Shown here: positions 9,360 to 17,827 of the stretch, piece by piece
Layout: each line of letters starts with the position of its first letter
Numbering within the stretch: position 1 is the stretch's first letter
Origin: Candidatus Peribacteria bacterium
Lineage (GTDB): Bacteria > Patescibacteriota > Gracilibacteria > Peribacterales > Peribacteraceae
Assembly (NCBI GenBank): GCA_023245935.1
Contig: JAHFJM010000004.1
Span: forward strand, 13,924 to 77,923
DNA length: 64,000 nt
Direction: 5' to 3'
Position numbers and translations under genes: made by a program
The notes under the pieces: generated by a model
What the model saw: the letters and a program-made list of their open reading frames with translations, nothing else
Database searches by the model: none
Told to the model about the DNA's origin: nothing

Positions 9360-10391
9360 ATGTCTTCCGACTTCCGCCAGCAGCTCATCGACAGCGTCCA
9401 CCCCGAGGGTAGAGAGCTGTATCAGAAGTCTTTCGATCAGATCAGTACTGCGGTCAATCGCAAGGCAGAAATCAGAGCTATCAATCTTCGCATCGTCAAA
9501 GGCATCAATCAGTTGAGCTTGCAAGAAGCACAGCTGACAACGACAGGGCTTGCGACGAGTGACGGGAAAATTTTTGACTGTGGTGCAGCGATGGTGAGGA
9601 ACTTCGAAGGCGTATGGAAGCGCTACTCCGGGAAGGATTCCGCTCATCCCACTCGCCTCTTCTCGAGCTACGACCCGAGCACGGCACAATTTTCTCTCTG
9701 GGCAGAAGGTGATGACGGATTGCTGCTTACGGAGAAGAAGATATTCGATGCATCGATCCTCAATTCGAGAGAGGGTGATATCATTTCTGCTAAATTCGGT
9801 GTAAGTACAGTCCTTGACGGAGTACTGGAGGAAGGAAAACTGACTGATCATATTCGAGAGTGTCTCAGTTCATTTGAGAAAGAAGTCGAAAACATCGGTC
9901 TTCTGCTCCGTCACCCGACGTTTCATCGTTCGTCCGATACGAGAAGTGTGCCGCAGAAAAATATCGATACTCTCTACTCCGACGGTGCGCAGATACACGT
10001 GATGAACAGGGGAACCGTTGAGGATCAGCAAAGCGCATTGCTCGGCATGAAGAGTCTGCGAGCAGGCGTTGAATTCGATGGAGGAGAACTGCCTCCGAAT
10101 ATCGAAGACTGGATTGGTGAGATTGATATCGAGACAGTGCGGGATGGACGCATTCCCCTCAATTTCACGAGTCTCACTCCACGCTGCCTCGTCACTCAGC
10201 GTGATGTTCGCACCGGTGAGATTCATGCGGAGCCCAAGCTTTGGCTGAAGAAGTACAGACCGCTTCGCCCATGGGATCAGCTTGCAACCTTGGGTGCGAA
10301 TGTCGATATGAATCCGGAATTCCACGGAGCGATCATCAGGGTCGGTGATCGATTCACAGTCACTGCGGAGAAGACCGACTGGAGGACGTAA
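9360..10391 (+). CDS. MOSC domain-containing protein (MOSC_N beta-barrel + MOSC)
   Basis: The C-terminal pattern LTPRCLVTQRDVRTGEIHAEPKLWLKKYRP....IRVGDRFTV matches MOSC (YcbX-like) domains, including the conserved Cys. Confidence 0.6.
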   Translation: MSSDFRQQLIDSVHPEGRELYQKSFDQISTAVNRKAEIRAINLRIVKGINQLSLQEAQLTTTGLATSDGKIFDCGAAMVRNFEGVWKRYSGKDSAHPTRLFSSYDPSTAQFSLWAEGDDGLLLTEKKIFDASILNSREGDIISAKFGVSTVLDGVLEEGKLTDHIRECLSSFEKEVENIGLLLRHPTFHRSSDTRSVPQKNIDTLYSDGAQIHVMNRGTVEDQQSALLGMKSLRAGVEFDGGELPPNIEDWIGEIDIETVRDGRIPLNFTSLTPRCLVTQRDVRTGEIHAEPKLWLKKYRPLRPWDQLATLGANVDMNPEFHGAIIRVGDRFTVTAEKTDWRT

Positions 10392-10429
10392 TCGAAACGA
10401 TCGCGAGCGTGCTATTCTCTATGTTATAT

Positions 10430-11668
10430 ATGAATTTTGACGTTGCCGTCATCGGCGGAGGACCGGCTGGCATGATGGCAGCCGGCAGAGCGGCGGAGCT
10501 TGGAGCGACTGTCGTGCTTCTTGAAAAGAACCCGATTCTCGGCAAGAAGTTGCTGATTTCCGGTGGAGGGAGGTGCAATATTCTGAACGCGGAATTCAAT
10601 ACTCGATTGCTGACAGAAAAGTATGGCAAGAAGGGGAAGTCTCTCTTCTCCGCTTTTTCTCAATTTGACGTGCAAGCGACGATCGACTTCTTCGAATCAC
10701 GCGGACTGAAGATCAAAGTCGAGCCGGAGAAACGTGCGTTTCCCGTGACCGACAGCGCGGAGGATGTGCAGAAAACTTTGATTGCATACATGACTGCGGG
10801 AGAGGTGAACGTCATGACGAATGCTCAGGTCAGTGATTTCGAAGTGACTGAAGGCAACATTGCAAAAATTATCTGCAAGGCTGCGGTAATCGAAGCATCG
10901 CAGGTCATTCTCGCAACGGGTGGAAAGTCACGACCGGAGACAGGGTCAACAGGAGACGGATTTCTGTGGACGAAGAAGCTCGGGCATACGGTGACAGAGC
11001 CAGATCCAGCACTTGTTCCGGTGACAATCAGAAATCCGTGGATCAAGGAAGTTGCAGGGATCAGTCTGAAAGCGGCGAAGCTGACGGTCATTCAAAATGA
11101 CAAGAAGCATGATTCCCGCAGCGGAAAAATTCTCTTCACGCATACGGGGCTCAGCGGTCCTCTCGTACTCAATATGAGCAAGGGAATCGGAGCACTTCTG
11201 AAAACCGGATCGGTCAGTCTTTCGCTTGATCTGTTCCCCTCCCTCGATCTCGGAGCACTCGATCGCAAGCTGCTTTCCGTTTTCGAAGGCGGGAAGAATA
11301 AGATGATCAAGAACAATATCGGGGAGCTCGTGCAGCCGAGACTCGGGCATACACTCCTCGCTCTTGCAGGGATCGACGGTTCGACCTTCCTACATCAACT
11401 GACGCGCGATCAGCGCATGGAATTTGCGAAACTTCTCAAGGATATTCCGCTCTCGGTCTCCGGACTGCTCGGAGCCGAGAAGGCAATTGTCACGGGAGGC
11501 GGCGTGCTGCTCTCCGAGATTGATTTCAAGACGATGCGATCGAAGCGTTGCAAGAACCTCTTCGTCATCGGTGACCTTCTCGACTTCGATCGACCCTCCG
11601 GAGGATTCAGTCTGCAGATCTGTTGGACGACGGGATTTGTTGCAGGGACGAATGCGGCGTTGCGATAA
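10430..11668 (+). CDS. HI0933/BaiN-family NAD(P)/FAD-dependent oxidoreductase
   Basis: MNFDVAVIGGGPAGMMAA...LLEKN..LGKKLLISGGGRCN is the hallmark of the HI0933-like flavoprotein family. The start is set at the ATG at 10430. Confidence 0.8.
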   Translation: MNFDVAVIGGGPAGMMAAGRAAELGATVVLLEKNPILGKKLLISGGGRCNILNAEFNTRLLTEKYGKKGKSLFSAFSQFDVQATIDFFESRGLKIKVEPEKRAFPVTDSAEDVQKTLIAYMTAGEVNVMTNAQVSDFEVTEGNIAKIICKAAVIEASQVILATGGKSRPETGSTGDGFLWTKKLGHTVTEPDPALVPVTIRNPWIKEVAGISLKAAKLTVIQNDKKHDSRSGKILFTHTGLSGPLVLNMSKGIGALLKTGSVSLSLDLFPSLDLGALDRKLLSVFEGGKNKMIKNNIGELVQPRLGHTLLALAGIDGSTFLHQLTRDQRMEFAKLLKDIPLSVSGLLGAEKAIVTGGGVLLSEIDFKTMRSKRCKNLFVIGDLLDFDRPSGGFSLQICWTTGFVAGTNAALR

Positions 11669-11713
11669 GGTTTTGCAGTGAAGGAGATTCTTGGTAGTAT
11701 CGCAGTGCACCGT

Positions 11714-11788
11714 GGCCCGGTAGCTCATTGGTAGAGCGCTGCCCTGAAGAGGCAGGCGTAGGCAGTTCGATTCTGCCCTGGGCCACCA
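11714..11788 (+). tRNA. tRNA-Phe, anticodon GAA (CCA encoded)
   Basis: The sequence is GGCCCGGTAGCTCATTGGTAGAGCGCTGCCCTGAAGAGGCAGGCGTAGGCAGTTCGATTCTGCCCTGGGCCACCA. The anticodon loop is CT-GAA-GA. Confidence 0.9.
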
Positions 11789-11794
11789 TCCATA

Positions 11795-12448
11795 TCAGTG
11801 CGGAGAGACGTTGCCGAGTTTGTCGATCGGCAACCCTGACCCTGTGAAAGCCGGCTGTGCTTTTCGCAGAACATCGTAGACAGCCTTCAGTCTCGCAAGT
11901 GGCTCGCGCCATTCGCTACGAAGCGACTGCTTTGCACTCAGCGGCACTTTCGATGCACTGAAGCCGACTGCCTGCAGCCCGAGCGAGCGTGCAATGAAGA
12001 GCGCTCTCGGCAGATGGAAATCCTGACTAACAATGATCACCGAGTGGGCACCGAAAATCGTCTTGGCGCGAAGCACGCTGTCGTATGTCGAAAATCCTGC
12101 ATGGTCGAGAAGAATGCTTCCACTGCTGATTCCGTGCTTCAGAAGATACTTCTGCATCGCAGAAGCTTCGTCATAGTAGCGGCTGCTGTAGTCGCCTGAG
12201 ACGAGAATTTTGTCTGATTTCTTCGCGTTGAATGCGTCGATCGCCGCATCGAGCCTCTGCGCAAGAATTCCAGATACTTCCCCTGCATAGACCTGAGCAC
12301 CCGGAACGAGGATGACATCGGCAATTGGGAGGTTCGATGCATTCGAAATGATCTCGCCTCTCGCAGAGAAAACAATCCACTGGTCAATCAGAATCAGCAC
12401 ACTGACGCTAATCAGACAGACGAGAATAAGATTTCTCAGCAACTTCAT
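11795..12448 (-). CDS. SanA/YdcF-family (DUF218) membrane protein
   Basis: An N-terminal TM is followed by ILVPGAQVY...ILVSGD....YDEASAMQKYLLKHGI....ILLDHAGFSTYDS, the pattern of DUF218/SanA. Confidence 0.75.
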   Translation of the reverse strand: MKLLRNLILVCLISVSVLILIDQWIVFSARGEIISNASNLPIADVILVPGAQVYAGEVSGILAQRLDAAIDAFNAKKSDKILVSGDYSSRYYDEASAMQKYLLKHGISSGSILLDHAGFSTYDSVLRAKTIFGAHSVIIVSQDFHLPRALFIARSLGLQAVGFSASKVPLSAKQSLRSEWREPLARLKAVYDVLRKAQPAFTGSGLPIDKLGNVSPH

Positions 12449-12457
12449 TGCACTATC

Positions 12458-14356
12458 CTACCGTACGTAGCCGTCTTTTCTCATGCGAAGCACGAGATCA
12501 ACCGCCGTTGGATTACTTGAGTCGATTGCGAGAGACTGCTGAAGGTACGAAGCAGCACTGTCGATGTTTTTGCGGTTATAGAGAAGTAAGGCAAGATTTG
12601 CGAGCGCATCGGCATCGCTCGGATTCATTTCTAACACATGTAGAAGCAGCGCTTCCGCACGATCGTTCTGTCCAAGTTGCATGAGTGCAAGTGCAAGATT
12701 ATAGGACGATTCGATGAATGTCGGTTTCAGTTCGATGGACTTCTTGAGAATTGCGACTGCATTCGTCCAGTCTTTCATTTGAAGATAGACACCGCCGAGG
12801 TTGTTGTAGGCGTTGAAGTACTCCGGATCGATCCCGATTGCTTTCCGGTAATGCTGTACCGCGTCCGAAAGATTCCCCCGTTTCTGTTCGATGTTCCCAA
12901 GCCCGTACTCGCTCTCAGCAAGATCCGGATCGCTCGCGAGGACTTCTCTATAAATTTTTTCTGCATCATCAAGGCGACCGAGACGTACGTACGCAGCAGC
13001 AAGATTGATTTTCGTCTTCGGATCCGGTTGTATGGCAAGCGCACGATTGAAAGACCGAATCGATTCCTGCACGTCTCCTCCAAGCATCTGCTCCATGCCG
13101 AGGTTATTGTGCGCTGCTCTTGCATTCGGGTAGAACGCGAGCGCGTTCTCGTAGAGAGAAACGCTGTCGTGCCAAACGGCTGGTTGCTTCACAGAAAGAG
13201 CAGCTGCAAAAACCAGAACAATCAACGATCCTGCAATGCTTGCATTTCTGCGCAGTGCAATCGAGTGAACGGTGTATGCGGTCTGCAGCCATGCTCGAAG
13301 CAAAACACCAACCAAAAGCAAAAGCCCGACCATCGGAACGTAGGCATACCGATCAGATGCGAAGTAGAGATCACCGCCTTTCGCGAAATTGATGAACGTC
13401 GGAAGAAGGGTAATGACGAAGAAAGCGAGTGCAAATGATGCCATGCGATTTCTTTTCCAAAGAAGAACAGTTGCAATCAGAAGAATGAGAGTCAGTGCAA
13501 ACGGAATGGCAAAATCAGCAGAAGTAAACTCGATTGATTGTGTGTACGGGTAGACAACCGAGAGGCCGGTGGGCCAAAGAAACTTCTGGAGGTAAAACAC
13601 AATGCTCTTCCCTGCCATGAGAATTTTCTGCCAGAGCGTCGACGATACGAGCACTTTTGTTTTCCCGAAGATTCCGATGATTCCGAACGTGAAAGCAAGG
13701 AGAAAGTACGGAACCTTCTCGAGAAGCGTCTTCTTGTTCAGGCTCCTTCCTCTCGCAGCATCGAGCAGAAGAAGAACGATCGGCAGTGTCACCACCATGA
13801 CTTTCGAAAGAAGCCCGAGAGTGAAGAGGAAAATCGACAGCCAGAAAAGTTTTCGGCTGCTTCTGTCTATGCCATAGAGGTACGCAATTGCTGATGCAAA
13901 GAAGAAAAACGTCGAGAGTACATCCTTCCTCGCAGCTGCCCAGAGTACCGCTTCGCTGTTGAGCGGATGAACTGCAAAGAGCAATCCAAGCGAAAGTGCC
14001 AGCCAACCGTTTTCGAGCAGGAAAAACAGAAACCATGTAACGAGCAGCGCGTTCAGCGTATGGAAAATCAGGTTCGTCAGGTGAAACATGAGCGGATTGA
14101 GGCCGGCAATAGCGTGGTCGATCTGATACGACAGGAACGTCAGCGGAATGTAGAGCTCCGGATCGTACGACGTGAATGCTTGCTTGATCGTGTCTTCATT
14201 CATGGACGCAACAATGGGGTTTTCGACGATCAGAAAAGAGTCATCCCAAGAGACGAACTGATTATGCAAAGACGCTCCGTACACGCCGAACGTGACGACG
14301 AAGAAAAACACAGTGACCAAGGCGAGTTGAGGGAGGCGAGGAAGGGAAGGCAACAT
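12458..14356 (-). CDS. GT-C-type membrane glycosyltransferase-like protein with C-terminal TPR repeats (TMTC/PMT_2-like)
   Basis: About 10 predicted TM helices have a DD/E-containing first loop (SWDDSFLIVENP). About 6 TPR-like repeats follow in the last 250 aa or so. Confidence 0.65.
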   Translation of the reverse strand: MLPSLPRLPQLALVTVFFFVVTFGVYGASLHNQFVSWDDSFLIVENPIVASMNEDTIKQAFTSYDPELYIPLTFLSYQIDHAIAGLNPLMFHLTNLIFHTLNALLVTWFLFFLLENGWLALSLGLLFAVHPLNSEAVLWAAARKDVLSTFFFFASAIAYLYGIDRSSRKLFWLSIFLFTLGLLSKVMVVTLPIVLLLLDAARGRSLNKKTLLEKVPYFLLAFTFGIIGIFGKTKVLVSSTLWQKILMAGKSIVFYLQKFLWPTGLSVVYPYTQSIEFTSADFAIPFALTLILLIATVLLWKRNRMASFALAFFVITLLPTFINFAKGGDLYFASDRYAYVPMVGLLLLVGVLLRAWLQTAYTVHSIALRRNASIAGSLIVLVFAAALSVKQPAVWHDSVSLYENALAFYPNARAAHNNLGMEQMLGGDVQESIRSFNRALAIQPDPKTKINLAAAYVRLGRLDDAEKIYREVLASDPDLAESEYGLGNIEQKRGNLSDAVQHYRKAIGIDPEYFNAYNNLGGVYLQMKDWTNAVAILKKSIELKPTFIESSYNLALALMQLGQNDRAEALLLHVLEMNPSDADALANLALLLYNRKNIDSAASYLQQSLAIDSSNPTAVDLVLRMRKDGYVR

Positions 14357-14362
14357 TGAGAC

Positions 14363-15607
14363 CTATCCTACATCTTCTTCCTGCAATTTGTACCCGCATC
14401 GAAACGCTCGCAGTGCCTTGCGCAGCGGAAGCAGCGTCAGAAACACTCGAAGATCGAGAAGGCGACGGAGAAGCCATCCCCTGTACCCGCTCGTCACCTT
14501 CGTTCCCTGTACGACGACAGCCCACTTCGGACCGACGGGAACTGCGTAGGTGAGTGGACACGGCTGGTACGCAGCCGGCGTCTTGCCGCTGTGCTTTGCC
14601 GCAATCACTCCTGCAACGTATCGACCGTCATGCAGAGCAGTCTGTGCCATTCCGCTTCCCGGTGTCGCTGCCGAGTCACCGAGCACGTAGACATCCTGAG
14701 TTCCCTTCGCTTGCAGAAATGCATCAACCTCCACTCTTCCTTTACGATCTGTCTGTAAGCCTTTTGTTTCCTTGAGAAGAGGATGTCCGCAGAGACCTGC
14801 AGTCCAGATGACCGTACTTGCATTAATCGTGCCGTCACTCAGAACGAGTGTTCCCTGCTCTTCTCTGAGAACGCTTGTCTGTAGCAGCACCCGAACACCG
14901 AGCGCCTTCAGTCTCTCTTCCGTGGCATTGGATGCGGCGAGCGGCAAATTGCCAAGCACGCGCTCTGTAGCTTCGATCAAATCGATGCGGATTTGCGATG
15001 GAGATAATCCTGACGAAAGTGCAAGTTTCTTCGCATAGGAAGCCAGTTCTGCTGCAATCTCTACTCCGCATGCTCCTCCGCCGACGACTGCTATATGGAG
15101 CAGTGGCATTTGTTTCTCCCCCGTCACGGATTTCGCGGTTCTGAAAGCTTCGTCGATGTGATTTTTCAGTCGCAGAGCCTCCGTTGCGCTTTTCATGCCA
15201 AATGAATACGTTGATACACCTTCGATTCCGAATGTCGTGCCGGTGCTTCCAAGCGCAAGTAACAGCTTGTCGTAGTGGTAGTGAGATCCCGATGCTCCGA
15301 GCGCGCTCTTCTTCTCGAGGTCGATTGTCTGCGCAGAGTCGCGTACGACATCGATGTCGTAGTCATCGAAAATATCGTTGTACGGAATGCAACTCTCCAT
15401 CGGAGATCTCCCCGTTGCAAAACGGTACAGCGCAGCGTGGTACTCGAAGTACGTCTTCGGCTCCAGAAGACGAATCACGGTATTCGGTAACTTTTTTCTC
15501 GCGAGACAGAGCGCAGCCTCGGTGCCTGCGAATCCTCCGCCGATGATCAGAATTGTTGATGACAACAATGAAAGGGAAATCTTCGTATTGTAGCAGAAAT
15601 CAGCCAA
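14363..15607 (-). CDS. Type II NADH dehydrogenase-like FAD/NAD(P)-binding oxidoreductase
   Basis: Two Rossmann motifs are present (IIGGGFAGTEAA and VVGGGACGVEIAAEL), together with the pyridine-nucleotide disulfide oxidoreductase pattern. Confidence 0.75.
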   Translation of the reverse strand: MADFCYNTKISLSLLSSTILIIGGGFAGTEAALCLARKKLPNTVIRLLEPKTYFEYHAALYRFATGRSPMESCIPYNDIFDDYDIDVVRDSAQTIDLEKKSALGASGSHYHYDKLLLALGSTGTTFGIEGVSTYSFGMKSATEALRLKNHIDEAFRTAKSVTGEKQMPLLHIAVVGGGACGVEIAAELASYAKKLALSSGLSPSQIRIDLIEATERVLGNLPLAASNATEERLKALGVRVLLQTSVLREEQGTLVLSDGTINASTVIWTAGLCGHPLLKETKGLQTDRKGRVEVDAFLQAKGTQDVYVLGDSAATPGSGMAQTALHDGRYVAGVIAAKHSGKTPAAYQPCPLTYAVPVGPKWAVVVQGTKVTSGYRGWLLRRLLDLRVFLTLLPLRKALRAFRCGYKLQEEDVG

Positions 15608-15709
15608 AAAGTCACTGAAAATAGCGATGAGTTCCGATGTTCATATTCCATTTTCTTTTTGAAGACTCTTGTCTATCATTGTTCAGCTTATTTTCTCCCC
15701 TCGCAGAGT

Positions 15710-16480
15710 ATGGCAACAAAAGAACAACAGCAGAACGTATGGTTCGGTCTCTCGATGTTCCTCGGCGGCATGATCGTCGGCGTCATCCTCGTTGGTGCAA
15801 GCGGCATCAGCCCTTTCGGAAAAGGTCAGCCTGCTCCGAGCGGTCAGCCTTCGCCGACGGCACCGAATGCTCCGGAAGCTCCGACGGCAAATCTTCAGGA
15901 CACCATTCTCGGATTTGCACGCACAGTCGGTCTCGATGAGGCAAAGTTCACCGGTTGTCTCGCGGCAGACAAGTTCAAGCAGATGTTCACAGATGAGGAG
16001 GCGGCAGGTCAGACGGCCGGAGTGAACGGCACACCCGGAAATATTCTGATCGACATGAAGACCGGCAATGCCAGACTGCTCTCCGGCGCGCAGCCGTTCG
16101 AGGTCTTCCAGAAGAACATCGACGAAATGCTCAAGAATCCGACGGCGAAGAGCACGGATCCAGCAACCCCTCAGGCGACGAATGTCGTTCCGGTCGATCT
16201 CGAGAAAGATCACGTCCGAGGCTCCAAAACGGCACGTCTGGCACTGATCGAATACTCCGACTACCAGTGTCCGTTCTGTCACCGTGTTCACCCGACATTG
16301 GAGCAAATGATGCAGAAGTATGACGGAAAAGTTGTTTGGGTCTACAGACACTTCCCTCTCAGTTTCCATCCGAATGCAATTCCTCTCGCAACAGCTGCCG
16401 AGTGCGCGAATGAAATTGGCGGAACGGATGCGTTCTGGAGTTTCACTGATGAGGTCATGGCGAGTGATAATGTAAATTGA
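15710..16480 (+). CDS. DsbA-family thioredoxin-fold thiol:disulfide oxidoreductase, membrane-anchored
   Basis: An N-terminal TM and a Pro/Ala linker precede the CPFC active site (YSDYQCPFCHRVHP) and a DsbA-like C-terminal part. ATG is at 15710. Confidence 0.8.
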   Translation: MATKEQQQNVWFGLSMFLGGMIVGVILVGASGISPFGKGQPAPSGQPSPTAPNAPEAPTANLQDTILGFARTVGLDEAKFTGCLAADKFKQMFTDEEAAGQTAGVNGTPGNILIDMKTGNARLLSGAQPFEVFQKNIDEMLKNPTAKSTDPATPQATNVVPVDLEKDHVRGSKTARLALIEYSDYQCPFCHRVHPTLEQMMQKYDGKVVWVYRHFPLSFHPNAIPLATAAECANEIGGTDAFWSFTDEVMASDNVN

Positions 16481-16502
16481 AAGAAAATCCAAAATCCAGA
16501 TG

Positions 16503-16524
16503 CCAAATTCCAATTGGAATTTGG
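16503..16524. terminator. Perfect 22-bp palindrome CCAAATTCCAATTGGAATTTGG, likely a bidirectional terminator hairpin
   Basis: It lies in the 66-nt gap between convergent stops (16480 + and 16547 -). It is followed by TTTTT on the plus strand and by T-rich sequence on the minus strand. Confidence 0.5.
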
Positions 16525-16546
16525 TTTTTGGTATTTGGAATTTTTG

Positions 16547-17761
16547 TTACACCGTAAACATCCCGTCCTTGAAAATCACTTTCTTGCTGCCATCCGGCAG
16601 CAGTGCGGTGACGGTGCGGTCTTCGGTTGAGATGATATCTGTGTGTTCCGGCGAGTCGTTGTAGCCCATGTTTTCCCACTCCGCATCCGTCGGAAGACTC
16701 TGATCACCGGGAAAGCTGTCTTTGTACGCGCGACCGAGCGCGAGGTGAGTGTTGCCGAATGCGCCTCCGACGTTCTCGTCGAAGAGCGTGTTCGCCATGA
16801 AGCGGGTGATGCGTGAATATCGCTTATCGGTGAGCGAATACTCGCCGATTTTATTCGCATTCTTTCTGGCAATCATACTCTCCAGAACGCTCTGTCCCTC
16901 CTCGGCAGTTGCCTTCGTCAGGATTCCATCCTTGAACTCGAGTGCAATATTCCTGAGGATGTTTCCGTAGCGGTACAGAGGCTGATTGAAAAAAATCTTT
17001 CCGTTCGTTCCTCTCCAATCCGGAGAGATGAAGATTTCAAAACTCGGAATGTTTCTGCAGCTTCCACCAAGCCATTTACGATTCTTCCCAAGTTGCACGG
17101 TCAGATCGATACGCGCGCTTTCGATGTGCACTGATTCGATCGCCAGAGCATCCAATGCGGCTTTCACGCGATCCTGTTCGCGCTGAATACCCTTCCACTC
17201 GGCAATGGGATCATCGAAATCCAGATAGCACGCACGGATAATCTGACCCCAGTACTCTTCTAAAGACATTCCCGCCTCCTTGGCCATCGCAGAGGTACCG
17301 AAGAGCGCGAGTGTCCACGTGAATTTTCCTTCCTGCTCTTTTCTGAATAACCAATCACGGGCAACGCGTCTTGAATCCATCGCCTTGAAAATCTTCACCG
17401 GATCGATGTTCTGCAGCTCCCTCGGATTCGGATCAGCGATGATCGATACCCGGTGATCGATGAGATCCGCTTCCGCCCGCTTGTAGGCTTCGGGGAAATG
17501 CGTCAGTTGGTCATCCGAGGCACACTGAAAGAAGACGGAATCAACTTCCGTCGGGATGAAGTGAATTTTCGGGTACGCACCGCATTCAAGGACGGCACGA
17601 ACCAGTTCCGGAAGCAGCGGTTTTGCGCTGTCAGGGACGCTCAAGTCGACTGTCTGCTTTGGCTGTACGCCTTCCCCTCCTCCAAGGGCAAATTTGATGA
17701 GGAGGTCTGCGTACTTCCTGAGAATGACCGGTTCCGGTTGAAACATGAAGCAACTATACAT
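16547..17761 (-). CDS. Aminopeptidase, M29 (AmpS/PepS) family
   Basis: The length and the pattern (LRKYADLLIKFALGGG.GVQPKQ.V...., conserved E/H/D-rich C-terminal half) fit thermophilic metalloprotease M29. Confidence 0.75.
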   Translation of the reverse strand: MYSCFMFQPEPVILRKYADLLIKFALGGGEGVQPKQTVDLSVPDSAKPLLPELVRAVLECGAYPKIHFIPTEVDSVFFQCASDDQLTHFPEAYKRAEADLIDHRVSIIADPNPRELQNIDPVKIFKAMDSRRVARDWLFRKEQEGKFTWTLALFGTSAMAKEAGMSLEEYWGQIIRACYLDFDDPIAEWKGIQREQDRVKAALDALAIESVHIESARIDLTVQLGKNRKWLGGSCRNIPSFEIFISPDWRGTNGKIFFNQPLYRYGNILRNIALEFKDGILTKATAEEGQSVLESMIARKNANKIGEYSLTDKRYSRITRFMANTLFDENVGGAFGNTHLALGRAYKDSFPGDQSLPTDAEWENMGYNDSPEHTDIISTEDRTVTALLPDGSKKVIFKDGMFTV

Positions 17762-17827
17762 AGGTACTTTTATTGGTGCAAAGCATCGCTTCTGCGTATA
17801 CTTGGATCGTTCTCTCCCCCCACAATA

